Assembly: GCA_026713825.1 (NCBI GenBank)
Contig: JAPONS010000108.1
Location: forward strand, 7,585-71,584
DNA: 64,000 nucleotides
From: Chloroflexota bacterium
Lineage (GTDB): Bacteria; Chloroflexota; Dehalococcoidia; Lucifugimonadales; UBA1127
Reading direction: 5' to 3'
Part shown: positions 1 through 8,647 of the stretch, piece by piece
Layout: every line of letters begins with the position of its first letter
Numbering within the stretch: the first letter of the stretch is position 1
Made by a program: the position numbers and the translations under genes
Notes under the pieces: generated by a model
The model's database searches: none
The model's input: only the letters and a program-made list of their open reading frames with translations
What the model was told of the DNA's origin: nothing

Positions 1-476
1 CTCCCGTGTATCGCCGACATCAACGCCCGCAGCGCCGACAGCGGGTCGCCGCCCGGCCCCTCAAGCCCGTTCGACCGAGCGAAGTCCGCCAGCGCCGGCG
101 TCGACTGCGTCAGCGTCGTCGGGTGCGTGTAGTCCCAGTCGGCGAATGACTCCGAGGCCGCTCGGATCTCGTCCCACGCGCTGCTGTCCAGCGTCTCCGG
201 GGGCGTCTCGCCGGGCAGCGTCACTACGATGGAGTGCGCCGTGATGACGAGGCTCGTATGCTCGCGGTGGATGTGCAGCACGTGCTTTGTGTTGCCGAAC
301 GGGTCCAGCTCTGCGTTGTGCGGCGCAGCCGGGTCCGTGGTCAGATCGAACCGCAGCAGTTGTTGCCTCTCGTCGTTCTGCGGGTTCAGGCACACGGACA
401 TGATGCAGTTGCGCACCGGCCACTCGTACCGGTAGCGCGAGATGTGCTCAATCTCGTAGCGAACAGGCAGGCTCAT
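1..476 (-). CDS. transglutaminase-family protein, N-terminal part (gene runs off the window start)
   Basis: Absent from the ORF track because no stop is reached. Reverse-strand ATG at 476-474 opens a frame reading MSLPVRYEIEHISRYRYEWPVRNCIMSVCLNPQNDERQQLLRFDL..., a typical bacterial transglutaminase N-terminal-domain start. It lies 4 nt downstream of the alpha-E gene, as in the conserved ATP-grasp/alpha-E/transglutaminase operon. Confidence 0.6.
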   Translation of the reverse strand, partial: MSLPVRYEIEHISRYRYEWPVRNCIMSVCLNPQNDERQQLLRFDLTTDPAAPHNAELDPFGNTKHVLHIHREHTSLVITAHSIVVTLPGETPPETLDSSAWDEIRAASESFADWDYTHPTTLTQSTPALADFARSNGLEGPGGDPLSALRALMSAIHG

Positions 477-480
477 GGCA

Positions 481-1452
481 TCACCGTACCGGAGCGTCTT
501 GAATGCGGTAGTCGAAGTACGTCGCGGACACCAGGTCGTGCAAGTCGCGGCAGTGCTGGTATGCCTCGTTCAACAGCGGCTCCGGATTGTGATGCCCGTC
601 CCACTCGTACTTCACCAACGCCGAGACCCGTCCCGCCAGCCGCCTCAGGTCCTCGCTCGCGGCCGCGTTCGGCCCCGGCCCCAGCGATTCCAGCGCCTCC
701 TCCACGTGGCCCAGCATGCGGCTTAGCGAGTTCGGCAGATGGCTGTCCGTCGACAGCAGGTCCAGCACCTGTCCCGGTTCCACCTGCACGGCATACCGCA
801 CGACGTACGCGTCGAACGCGTGGTACAGCCGCAGCAGCGTCTCCCAGTCCCCGTCAAAGGAATCGTCTGCCAGCCGTGAAAGCTGCAGTTGCGTGAGGAA
901 CAGTGACGTCGTCAGCTGCGCCTTCTCGATGGCCCGGCCAAGGCGGATGAAGGACCAGTTCTCGTCGCGGTACATCGTGTCCGCGGCTGCCCCGCTAAAC
1001 GCCGAGATTGCGCCCGCCGTCTCGTTGTAGAACGTCTCCGGCGACGTCCGCCAGATGTCCCGTATGCCCATTCTCTGTAAACGCAAATACGGCAGGGTCA
1101 GTCCCAGCCACATCTCGCCGGTGATGCACTGCCGCATCTGCCGCGCGTTCTCCCGCCCCCCCGCGCAGCAGCTCCACACCGACTCCGGGTGCATCCGCTC
1201 GAACGTCAGGTCCTCCGCCAGTGTGTACGAGTCGAACAGCAGCCCCTCGTCCGACTCCAGCACGCCGATGTCGCCCCACGGCGGCGTCCGCTCCATCGTG
1301 CCGTAGATGCGGCTCCACCCGAAGTGCACCTCGCGGAATGGCCGGTCAACCATCGCCTCCATCTGCAGCGCCATCATGCGGCACAGGTGCTCCGCCCGCG
1401 CCAGGTAGCGGCTCATCCAGTACAGGCCCTGCGCGCTCCTCACCAGTATCAT
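481..1452 (-). CDS. alpha-E domain-containing protein (COG2307 type)
   Basis: 323 aa. The N-terminus RSAQGLYWMSRYLARAEHLCRMM matches the conserved alpha-E start (LYWMSRYLERAE). It directly follows the ATP-grasp gene with a 1-nt gap. Confidence 0.8.
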   Translation of the reverse strand: MILVRSAQGLYWMSRYLARAEHLCRMMALQMEAMVDRPFREVHFGWSRIYGTMERTPPWGDIGVLESDEGLLFDSYTLAEDLTFERMHPESVWSCCAGGRENARQMRQCITGEMWLGLTLPYLRLQRMGIRDIWRTSPETFYNETAGAISAFSGAAADTMYRDENWSFIRLGRAIEKAQLTTSLFLTQLQLSRLADDSFDGDWETLLRLYHAFDAYVVRYAVQVEPGQVLDLLSTDSHLPNSLSRMLGHVEEALESLGPGPNAAASEDLRRLAGRVSALVKYEWDGHHNPEPLLNEAYQHCRDLHDLVSATYFDYRIQDAPVR

Positions 1453-1453
1453 C

Positions 1454-2923
1454 TCAGTCCTCCAGCACCCACAGGTCCTTGCCCCCGCCGCCCTGACTGC
1501 TGTTCACGACAAGGCTGCCCTCACGCAGCGCGACGCGGCAGAACGCCCCCGGCACCGTCCGCGTCTCGCGCCCCGTCAGCATGAACGGCCGCAAGTCGAC
1601 GTGCCGCGGCTCGAAGCGCCCGTCGATCAGGCACGGCGCCCGCGACAGCGCCAGCGTCGGCTGCGAGATGAAGTCTGCCGGGTTGGCCCGCATCTCCTCC
1701 GCGTACGCCTCCCGCTCCGCCTTCGACGCGTGTGGCCCGACGAGCATCCCGTACCCACCCGACCCGCCGACGCGTTTCACCACCAGCTTGTCCAGGTTGT
1801 CCAGTGTGTACTCCAGCCCTTCGGGCCGTCGGCAGAGTGTCGTCTCGACGTTTTGCAGCAGCGGCTCCTCGCCCAGGTAGTAGCGCACCATGTCCGGCAC
1901 GTACGCATAGACGCTCTTGTCGTCCGCGACGCCCGTTCCCGGCGCGTTTGCCAGCGTCACGTTGCCCAGCCGGTACGCGTGCATCAGCCCCGGCACGCCC
2001 AGCAGCGAGTCCGGCCTGAACACAAGCGGGTCCAGGAAGTCGTCGTCCACGCGCCGGTAGATGACGTCGACACGCCGCAGCCCCGAAGTCGTCCGCGTGT
2101 ACACAAAGCCGTCGTTGACCACAAGGTCGCGCCCCTCGACAAGCTGCGCGCCCAGCTCGCCCGCAAGGAACATGTGCTCGTAGAACGCCGAGTTGTAGAT
2201 CCCCGGCGTCAGCAGCACCAGCGACGGGTCAGACTGCCCCCGCGGCGCAAGCTCCCGCAGCGTCTCCCGCAGGAGCCGTCCGTAGTGCTCAACATCCCGC
2301 ACCCGCGAGCTCCGGTACACCCGTCGAAGTCCCGCCTTCACCGCCTTCCGGTTCGCGATCATGTACGACACGCCGGAAGGCACCCGCAGGTTGTCCTCCA
2401 GCACGAAGAAGCCGTCGTTGGTGCGGACCATGTCGGTGCCGCAGACGGCCACCCACACGCCCAGCGGCGGCTCCATGCCCCGCATCTCGACGCGGTACTG
2501 CGGGCACCCGCGCACCACGTCGACGGGTATGACGCCGTCCCGCACGATGCGTCCTTCGCCGTACACGTCGCTCAGGAAGCGGTTCAGCGTCGTCACCCGT
2601 TGCACCAGCCCCCGCTCGAGAAACTCCCACTCGGCGGCGGCGATGATGCGAGGCACGCAGTCGACGGGGATGATGCGCTCCTCCGCCTCCTCGTCGCCGT
2701 AAACCGTGAAGGTTATCCCCTCCGTCGAGAATGAGTGCGTCACCCGCTCCTGTATCCCGCCCAGCTCCTCCTGCGAAAGCGCCGTCAGCGCCTCGTACAG
2801 CGGCCGGGAGCCCTCTCTCGGCTCGCCGGCGTGCAGGAACATCTCATCGAAGATGCCCGGGGCCAGGTTGTAGTTGGAGAAGTCCATGCCAGTCTCATTC
2901 TCTGTTCTGGCTGAGCCTGTCAA
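1454..2923 (-). CDS. circularly permuted type-2 ATP-grasp protein (COG2308 type)
   Basis: 489-aa ORF with coherent composition. The sequence is typical of this family (…YNSAFYEHMFLAGELG…DDFLDP…VTLANAPGTGVADDKS…) and it is operonic with the alpha-E gene. Confidence 0.8.
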   Translation of the reverse strand: MTGSARTENETGMDFSNYNLAPGIFDEMFLHAGEPREGSRPLYEALTALSQEELGGIQERVTHSFSTEGITFTVYGDEEAEERIIPVDCVPRIIAAAEWEFLERGLVQRVTTLNRFLSDVYGEGRIVRDGVIPVDVVRGCPQYRVEMRGMEPPLGVWVAVCGTDMVRTNDGFFVLEDNLRVPSGVSYMIANRKAVKAGLRRVYRSSRVRDVEHYGRLLRETLRELAPRGQSDPSLVLLTPGIYNSAFYEHMFLAGELGAQLVEGRDLVVNDGFVYTRTTSGLRRVDVIYRRVDDDFLDPLVFRPDSLLGVPGLMHAYRLGNVTLANAPGTGVADDKSVYAYVPDMVRYYLGEEPLLQNVETTLCRRPEGLEYTLDNLDKLVVKRVGGSGGYGMLVGPHASKAEREAYAEEMRANPADFISQPTLALSRAPCLIDGRFEPRHVDLRPFMLTGRETRTVPGAFCRVALREGSLVVNSSQGGGGKDLWVLED

Positions 2924-3046
2924 AGCCCGCGCCTTTGCCTTCTACTTAGCTGCACCAGTATACCGATTGTGCAATCCACCACGCCACGCTATGTATGGGC
3001 AAAGGCCGCCCACCCTTACCCCCCACTCCCTCTCCCCCGCCTACTC

Positions 3047-3172
3047 ATACCGGCGAATAGCTTGCCCCATACTCCGATACGGGGCAGGTATCCAGAGACC
3101 CTGCGGCCAACGGCATCCGTTATTCTCAGGCTTACTCACACCGCCATTCCGGCGAATGCCGGAATCCAGGGG
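3047..3172. repeat. cluster of short palindromic intergenic (REP-like) elements
   Basis: attccggcgaatgccggaatccagggg (3146-3172) and a partial copy at 3047-3097. The same hairpin unit (ccggc-gaa/aaa-gccgg + tatccag) recurs at 5088-5116 and 9871-9896. Confidence 0.6.
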
Positions 3173-3218
3173 CCAGGCAACGCGGCCCGCTTGTCCCCCC
3201 GCCGCACCTCCCCGTATC

Positions 3219-3917
3219 ATGGGCGATGCGCCCCGTCGCAAACCGGCAGTCGCATTGTGGGAGGACATCGTGGACTCGAAGGCCTTCGTCGCGGAGCTCG
3301 TCGGCATGGTGGAAGATTTCTGCCGCACCTTGGACGACGCTCCGCCCGCATACAGCTACATCCCCCTGTCGACCGACGACCAGCGCGTCCACGTCATGAA
3401 GAGCCGCCTCTTCAACGAGCAGCGCGCCGCCGACCTCTATGGCTCATGGCTCCGCACGACGCCCGAATTTGACGTGAAATTGCTGATGGCCGAGTCCGCC
3501 CACGAGGAGATGGAACACGCGGAAATCCTGTCTGGACGCATCCGGGACCTCGGCCACGACCCCTTCGACTACCGTCCGCTGCCCGCGCAGATGGCGATGT
3601 TCAACGCCATCGAGGGGCTGAGCGACACCTGCCAGCGCATCGCCGGGTTCGCCCTCGCGGGCGAGTCCGTGGCGACGTACCTCATCATGAAGTCCCTGGA
3701 CGCCGACTCCGTCCCGGACTGGATCAAAGCCCCCTACCGCCGCATCGCCGAGGATGAGGTGGGCCACGGCAGCGCCCCCCGGCAGGTCCTCATAGACCAC
3801 GCCACCACGCCCGAGCGGCAGGACGCCGCCCGCCGCGCCGTCGCCATGCGCCTCGTCCTCTTTCGCGAGTACCTCGCCAGCCTCGACCGGTGGGTGCTCG
3901 GCGACGGCCCGTGGTAA
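3219..3917 (+). CDS. ferritin-like (di-iron carboxylate type) domain protein
   Basis: The track ORF 2874..3917 is trimmed to the ATG at 3219, because the upstream part translates REP-like repeats. Contains ExxH-type pairs (ESAHEEMEHAEIL ; IAEDEVGHG) typical of ferritin-like four-helix bundles. Confidence 0.5.
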   Translation: MGDAPRRKPAVALWEDIVDSKAFVAELVGMVEDFCRTLDDAPPAYSYIPLSTDDQRVHVMKSRLFNEQRAADLYGSWLRTTPEFDVKLLMAESAHEEMEHAEILSGRIRDLGHDPFDYRPLPAQMAMFNAIEGLSDTCQRIAGFALAGESVATYLIMKSLDADSVPDWIKAPYRRIAEDEVGHGSAPRQVLIDHATTPERQDAARRAVAMRLVLFREYLASLDRWVLGDGPW

Positions 3918-3988
3918 TCCAATAATCCGTTCGCCCAGAGCTTGTCGGAGGGCGACTGAAACGACCGTCCACACTAAAGGAGGAAACC

Positions 3989-4957
3989 ATGCACGCAATC
4001 CAAATGGCGGAGGTCGGCGGCCCGGAGGTCATGAAGTACGTGGAGTTGCCGGACCCCGAGCCGGGCCCCGGTCAGGCCCTCGTCGAGATCAAGGCCGCCG
4101 GCGTCAACTACACCGACGTCTACTCCCGCTCCGGCTCCAACCACCCCGCGGCCCTGCCCGCCATCCCCGGTATCGAGGCCGCCGGCGTCGTCCTCAAGCT
4201 CGGTGAGGGCGTCAACCAGGTGGCCGTCGGCGACCGAGTTGCCTACTCCAGCGGCCCGGGCTCCTACGCCGAGATCAACGCCGTCCCGGCATGGCGCCTC
4301 ATGCCCATCCCGGACGAGCTGACCTTTGAGGAGGGCGCCGCCGCCATGCTGCAGGGCATGACCGCCCAATACCTCGTCTCCGACTGCTTCCCAATCAAGC
4401 CCGGCGACATAGCCCTCGTCCACTCCGGCGCGGGCGGCGTTGGCCGCCTCCTCATCCAGATGGCCAAGCTCAAGGGCGCCGAGGTCATCACTACCGTCTC
4501 CACCGGCGAGAAGGTGGAGATCGCCAAGGCATGCGGCGCAGACCACGTCGTCATGTACACGCAGGAGAGCTTCTCCGAGGCCGTCAAGCGCATCACGGAT
4601 GGGAAGGGCGTCCAGGTCGCCTACGACGCCGTCGGCGCCACAACCTTCGATGAGAGCATCGCGTCGTTGGCTGTCCGAGGGTACATGGTCGCCTACGGGC
4701 AGGCCTCCGGCCCCGTGCCGCCCGTCCCCCTCGCGACGCTGAACCCAAAGTCGCTCTTCCTGACGCGCCCAACCCTCGTCAGCTACACGCTCAACCGCGA
4801 CGAGATAGCCATGCGCTCAGGCCAGGTGTTCGAGTGGATCAGGTCGGGCGACCTCAAGCTCAGCATCTCGCAGACCTTCGCCCTCAGCGACGCCCCGGAG
4901 GCGCACCGCCAGTTGGAGGGCCGCCTGACCACGGGCAAGCTCCTGCTGAAGCCGTAG
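3989..4957 (+). CDS. NADPH:quinone oxidoreductase / zeta-crystallin-like medium-chain dehydrogenase
   Basis: 322 aa. MHAIQMAEVGGPEVMKYVELPDPEPGPGQALVEIKAAGVNYTDV… and the nucleotide-binding VHSGAGGVGRLLIQMAK motif. RBS aaggagg lies upstream. Confidence 0.8.
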   Translation: MHAIQMAEVGGPEVMKYVELPDPEPGPGQALVEIKAAGVNYTDVYSRSGSNHPAALPAIPGIEAAGVVLKLGEGVNQVAVGDRVAYSSGPGSYAEINAVPAWRLMPIPDELTFEEGAAAMLQGMTAQYLVSDCFPIKPGDIALVHSGAGGVGRLLIQMAKLKGAEVITTVSTGEKVEIAKACGADHVVMYTQESFSEAVKRITDGKGVQVAYDAVGATTFDESIASLAVRGYMVAYGQASGPVPPVPLATLNPKSLFLTRPTLVSYTLNRDEIAMRSGQVFEWIRSGDLKLSISQTFALSDAPEAHRQLEGRLTTGKLLLKP

Positions 4958-5019
4958 TGCCGTGAATCGCCCGTCCCCACGGTCGTTCGCCCTCATACAT
5001 CGAGGAAACCGTGGAGGTA

Positions 5020-5116
5020 GGGGCAACCCTCGTGGTTACCCTGACTGGGAGCGTGCTCTCCTCGCAGAGCTGTAGAGCGGGACCGTCTTACCGGCAAAAG
5101 CCGGTATCCAGAGGGG
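5020..5116. repeat. REP-like element cluster
   Basis: ggggcaaccctcgtggttaccc (5020-5041) also occurs at 9897-9920 and inverted at 47496-47518. ttaccggcaaaagccggtatccagagggg (5088-5116) also occurs at 3146-3172 and 9871-9896. Confidence 0.6.
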
Positions 5117-5161
5117 CGGAGTTCGGGGAGGGGCCGTTTGCCCTGAGGGAACGCATTGAAG

Positions 5162-5192
5162 GAAGGGGGCAGGCCCGTGGCCTGCCCCCTTC
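5162..5192. terminator. bidirectional terminator hairpin
   Basis: Perfect 14-bp stem gaagggggcaggcc/ggcctgcccccttc with a 3-nt loop, followed by tgtttgg. It lies 12 nt past the stop of the minus-strand Yip1 gene. Confidence 0.5.
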
Positions 5193-5204
5193 TGTTTGGT
5201 CAAT

Positions 5205-5753
5205 CTAGCTGCCTGTAGCTAGGAGTCCAGCGCCCGTAATTACTCCGTATACAATCCAGAACAAAATCCATGAGGGTATTACAGTAATCAGTGCTACAAA
5301 GAACGCCCGCATTGCGGAATTGTAGTCCAAAGTCTGGCGCGCGGAGATCACAACGCCTACAAATTGCCAGAGCCAGACGCCAACGAGGATGAATACCCCA
5401 ATATGTGAGACAAAAGTAAGTACATTCAACACTCCGGGAGTCTGGGCAAACGCCGTACCGCGCGCTACTTGGCCCCAGTTGGCATGGGTCTCTGACGTTC
5501 GGAGAATTGTCCCGCCAACCATGTAGATCAGGAGGGCCCAGATCGCCCAAAAGAGAATGCCCCGAACGACAGCGTAGATTAGAGCTTGTAGAACTTCACC
5601 CTTACCGCCGAAAAACTCGCCTACGCCACTCAACAAGGAGATAACCACTACCAGCAGCAGCGCCTGGGGCATTGCACCGCTGTCGGCTTCAACCTCCTCA
5701 TAGGTGTGGGGGTCCAACCGCGCAGCGCCCAACATCCGAGCCAGCATGTTCAT
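5205..5753 (-). CDS. Yip1-family integral membrane protein
   Basis: 182 aa. N-terminus …LDPHTYEEVEADSGAMPQALLLVVVISLLSGVG followed by several hydrophobic spans, the usual Yip1-domain layout. Confidence 0.6.
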   Translation of the reverse strand: MNMLARMLGAARLDPHTYEEVEADSGAMPQALLLVVVISLLSGVGEFFGGKGEVLQALIYAVVRGILFWAIWALLIYMVGGTILRTSETHANWGQVARGTAFAQTPGVLNVLTFVSHIGVFILVGVWLWQFVGVVISARQTLDYNSAMRAFFVALITVIPSWILFWIVYGVITGAGLLATGS

Positions 5754-5974
5754 CTACCTGCCTCCTCGTGCCCCGCGCTTGAACAGGGCAATGTATTCGC
5801 TGCGGCGCGAACGCCCGAACAACTCTCATGCTATCACGAATTGCCAATGTTCAGAGCCTGTCCAAATTGGAAACCGAAGCCAATTGCAGCGTATCGCCCG
5901 TTCCAGCGGACAGCGTTTGAGGCAGGGGCGCAAAAGTCTCGGGCAACTGATAAGCAGGGTGCGGCTCGCGGCAC

Positions 5975-6008
5975 GAAAATAAAGGGCGGGCCCTTTCAGG
6001 GCCCGCCC
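5975..6008 (-). terminator. rho-independent terminator of the GPP34-like gene
   Basis: The minus strand reads gggcgggccct-gaa-agggcccgccc followed by tttattttc. It lies 22 nt after the stop at 6030. Confidence 0.7.
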
Positions 6009-6029
6009 TTGACTGCGAGTTGTGGGAGC

Positions 6030-6692
6030 TTAGTACAAGTGCGGCTGCACCGCCGTCGCGATGGAGACCTCGATGTCGCGGATGGCCTGCGTCATCGCCT
6101 GCCCGATGAGGTCCAGCCTGCGCACCTGCTCAACCCGCTCGGACACGCGTTCCAACTCCTTGCCGGAGAGCATGTTCTTGAAGATGCCCGTCGCGTCGGC
6201 CAGCCCGATAATGACGATATCCCGAGGATCTGGAATGTCGTCACTCAGCAGTACATTCATAATGCGGCGCTGCACCGCTCGCTCTTGAGTGTCGTCCACA
6301 GTGGGGTACTGGGTCGACTTGAACACCCACAGGAAGCGGTTTTCCCGCTCTTCCAGGACCCCCGCCGCGATCAGGCGCTTTAGGCACTCGTCCCGTGTGG
6401 CGACGGCCCGCTCGGCCTCCCGCTCTACCCAGTAGCGCGCATCGCGCTCTCCGCCTGCCGCAGTGTCCGCGGCGATGTCCGCAAGTGCCGGGTCGAGCAG
6501 AGAGTCGCCTATCGGCGTCCCGTCGACGAGGATCAGCCGCTCCAGGTCCGTGTCGATGCGGTTCTCCAGCGCCAGGTCCATCAGCACCCCGCCGGCAAGG
6601 GCATAGTCCATCGACCAACTGGGTATGTGGGAGAAGTTCCCCGACTCGTCATCCAGCAGCAGCAGGACCATCTCTTCAGCGAATCGCAGCAT
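6030..6692 (-). CDS. GPP34 (GOLPH3-like) family protein
   Basis: 220 aa. MLRFAEEMVLLLLDDESGNF…YALAGGVLMDLALENRI is the hallmark opening of bacterial GPP34-family proteins. Confidence 0.7.
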   Translation of the reverse strand: MLRFAEEMVLLLLDDESGNFSHIPSWSMDYALAGGVLMDLALENRIDTDLERLILVDGTPIGDSLLDPALADIAADTAAGGERDARYWVEREAERAVATRDECLKRLIAAGVLEERENRFLWVFKSTQYPTVDDTQERAVQRRIMNVLLSDDIPDPRDIVIIGLADATGIFKNMLSGKELERVSERVEQVRRLDLIGQAMTQAIRDIEVSIATAVQPHLY

Positions 6693-6944
6693 GTTGCTAC
6701 CCTCTCTTGTGAATTGGGCCGCTCATCACGCCTGCCCGGCATCGGGCCCTTCTATCGGCTGGCCTCATTATAGCACCCCCTTGCGGGGCAAGGGGGCAAC
6801 AACAATGCCCGTTGGCGGAGATTACGGCTGCACGTACACGGATGCAACCCATGTGCCCGCAATTATGGCGTATAATTCATGGCAGGGCTTAGTCCCGCTG
6901 CAATCACGAGCGGGGCTGACGTCGCCTTCGAGGAGATACTCGAT

Positions 6945-7124
6945 ATGCCCACTGTCCTGAAGACCGCCGCACACCTCCTGCTGTTCATCGTGGCCGTCGC
7001 CGTCTTCTACGTTGGTCTGGGCGTCGGCCTCACCGCGAACCCCACTATCGGCACATTCCTCTGGCTCGCCGCCGCCTCGATAATCGCCGCCAACATCGTC
7101 TGGCTCGTGCGCTCCCGCCGCTGA
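6945..7124 (+). CDS. small two-span membrane protein (hypothetical)
   Basis: MPTVLKTAAHLLLFIVAVAVFYVGLGV…FLWLAAASIIAANIVWLVRSRR shows two clear hydrophobic helices. The start within ORF 6879..7124 is uncertain. Confidence 0.35.
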   Translation: MPTVLKTAAHLLLFIVAVAVFYVGLGVGLTANPTIGTFLWLAAASIIAANIVWLVRSRR

Positions 7125-7146
7125 CCCCGCCCCGGCTCGATGCCGT

Positions 7147-7175
7147 TTGACGCCCTGCCCCCCTCCCAATAGAAT
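7147..7175 (+). promoter_or_regulatory. sigma70-like promoter of the first ABM-like paralog
   Basis: TTGACG (7147-7152), 17 nt, TAGAAT (7170-7175), about 30 nt upstream of the ATG at 7206. Confidence 0.45.
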
Positions 7176-7205
7176 CAGCCCGAAACTCCTGTTGGGAGGC
7201 ATGCC

Positions 7206-7817
7206 ATGTACCTCGTCCAGGAAATCCTTCACTTTGGCAACGGCCGAAACGCTGAGGCCATAAAACGCCTCAACTGGATCCACTCGCTCATGCAGCCCCA
7301 GCCCGGCTTTGTCTGCGCTCAGGTCTGCGCCTACCTTGGCAATTCCTCCCGCCACCTCGTCCTGCGCATGTGGGAGGACAAAGACGCCTTCCTGGCCTTC
7401 CGCGCCACTCCCGACGGCTCGGGCTACTCCGCCAACCGGCCGCCCGGCATCTACGAAGGCCAGCCCTGCGGCCGCGAGTGGGATCTCGCCGCCGAGACCC
7501 TCGGCCCCGCCGCCGGCAACTGGCTCATGCGCGGCGAGTTCGACATCGCCGAGGGCCGCTGGGACGATTACTTCATCCTCCGCAAGATGCAGGACCAGAC
7601 GCACCTCGCGTCGGGCGGCCTTGTGGTTGCCCGCCAGTTCAAGCAGTTGGACGCTGAGAACGTCGCCCTCATGCTCATCCGCAAGACGGGCCGCGCAGAC
7701 CACCTCAAGTACATGGAAAACGAGAATCTGCCCGGCGCCAACTCGGACCGCCCCCGTGGAACCTTCACCGCCCGCGGCAACGAGTACTACGAGATCGTCG
7801 ACGAGACCCTGCCCTAG
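7206..7817 (+). CDS. two-domain dimeric alpha/beta-barrel (ABM/antibiotic-biosynthesis-monooxygenase-like) protein, paralog 1
   Basis: 203 aa. …PGFVCAQVCAYLGNSSRHLVLRMWEDKDAFLAFRATP… resembles ABM-domain signatures. A clear paralog lies at 7954..8571. Confidence 0.5.
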   Translation: MYLVQEILHFGNGRNAEAIKRLNWIHSLMQPQPGFVCAQVCAYLGNSSRHLVLRMWEDKDAFLAFRATPDGSGYSANRPPGIYEGQPCGREWDLAAETLGPAAGNWLMRGEFDIAEGRWDDYFILRKMQDQTHLASGGLVVARQFKQLDAENVALMLIRKTGRADHLKYMENENLPGANSDRPRGTFTARGNEYYEIVDETLP

Positions 7818-7879
7818 GCCGACCGCCGGCTCTGCGCTCACGTCCTGGCTGCGACAGCGTCTCAAGATGCGCCCTTCAA

Positions 7880-7908
7880 TTGACGCCGTATACGGCGCCA
7901 CATACAAT
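7880..7908 (+). promoter_or_regulatory. sigma70-like promoter of the second ABM-like paralog
   Basis: TTGACG (7880-7885), 17 nt, TACAAT (7903-7908). Same -35 hexamer and spacing as the promoter at 7147. Confidence 0.45.
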
Positions 7909-7953
7909 CGGCCTGCATGACGGCGGTTCTGGCGCGTAGTTGCGGAGGTAGAT

Positions 7954-8571
7954 ATGTACTTGATGCAAGAGATCCTGCAAGTTGCCAACGGTCGAAACAA
8001 AGAGGCGGTGAAGCGCCTCCAGTGGATCCATTCGCTGATGCAGCCCCAGCCCGGCTTTGTGCGCGCTCAGATTTGCCAGTACCTCGGCAATTCCATGCGC
8101 CACCTCATCCTGCGTATGTGGGACGACAGGGAATCCTTTGAAGCCTTCCGCGCTACCCCTGAGGGCGCCGGTTACCCCCAGAGCCGTCCCGCCGGCCTCT
8201 ACGAGGGCCAGCCCTGCGGACGCGACTGGCAGCTCCTCCAGGAGTCCAACGGCCTCGCCACCGGCAACTTCCTCATTCGCTCTGAATTCGACGTCGCCGG
8301 TGACCACTGGGACGACTACCTCACCATCCGCAAGGCCCAGGACCGCATCCACCGGCAGGCCGGCGGGTTCCAGTACGCCTGGAACTTCAAGGAGCTCGGT
8401 GAGGGCGACGGAGCGCTCCTCCTCGTCCGAAAGACCAGCCGCGAGGATCACATGGTCTACGTCGAGAGCCTGCTCAAGTCCCAGCTCCGAGACAGCAGCC
8501 CGCAGGGCATCTCCAAGCCCCGCGGTGACTACATGGAATACTACGATATCATCGACGAGGTCACGCCGTAG
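7954..8571 (+). CDS. two-domain ABM-like protein, paralog 2
   Basis: 205 aa, collinear with 7206..7817 (MYLMQEILQVANGRNKEAVKRLQWIHSLMQPQPGFVRAQICQYLGNS…). Confidence 0.5.
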   Translation: MYLMQEILQVANGRNKEAVKRLQWIHSLMQPQPGFVRAQICQYLGNSMRHLILRMWDDRESFEAFRATPEGAGYPQSRPAGLYEGQPCGRDWQLLQESNGLATGNFLIRSEFDVAGDHWDDYLTIRKAQDRIHRQAGGFQYAWNFKELGEGDGALLLVRKTSREDHMVYVESLLKSQLRDSSPQGISKPRGDYMEYYDIIDEVTP

Positions 8572-8647
8572 TCCCGGCTCGCCTCTCGAGATACTCATTT
8601 CCGGTTGACTGTTGCGGCGTCTGACTCTCGCGCACAAGGGGTAAGAA

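Noticed and set aside
2874-3218. 5' part of the 347-aa ORF preceding the ferritin-like domain
   Set aside because: This part translates REP-like intergenic repeats into Pro/Arg-rich sequence. Coding-like sequence begins at the ATG at 3219.
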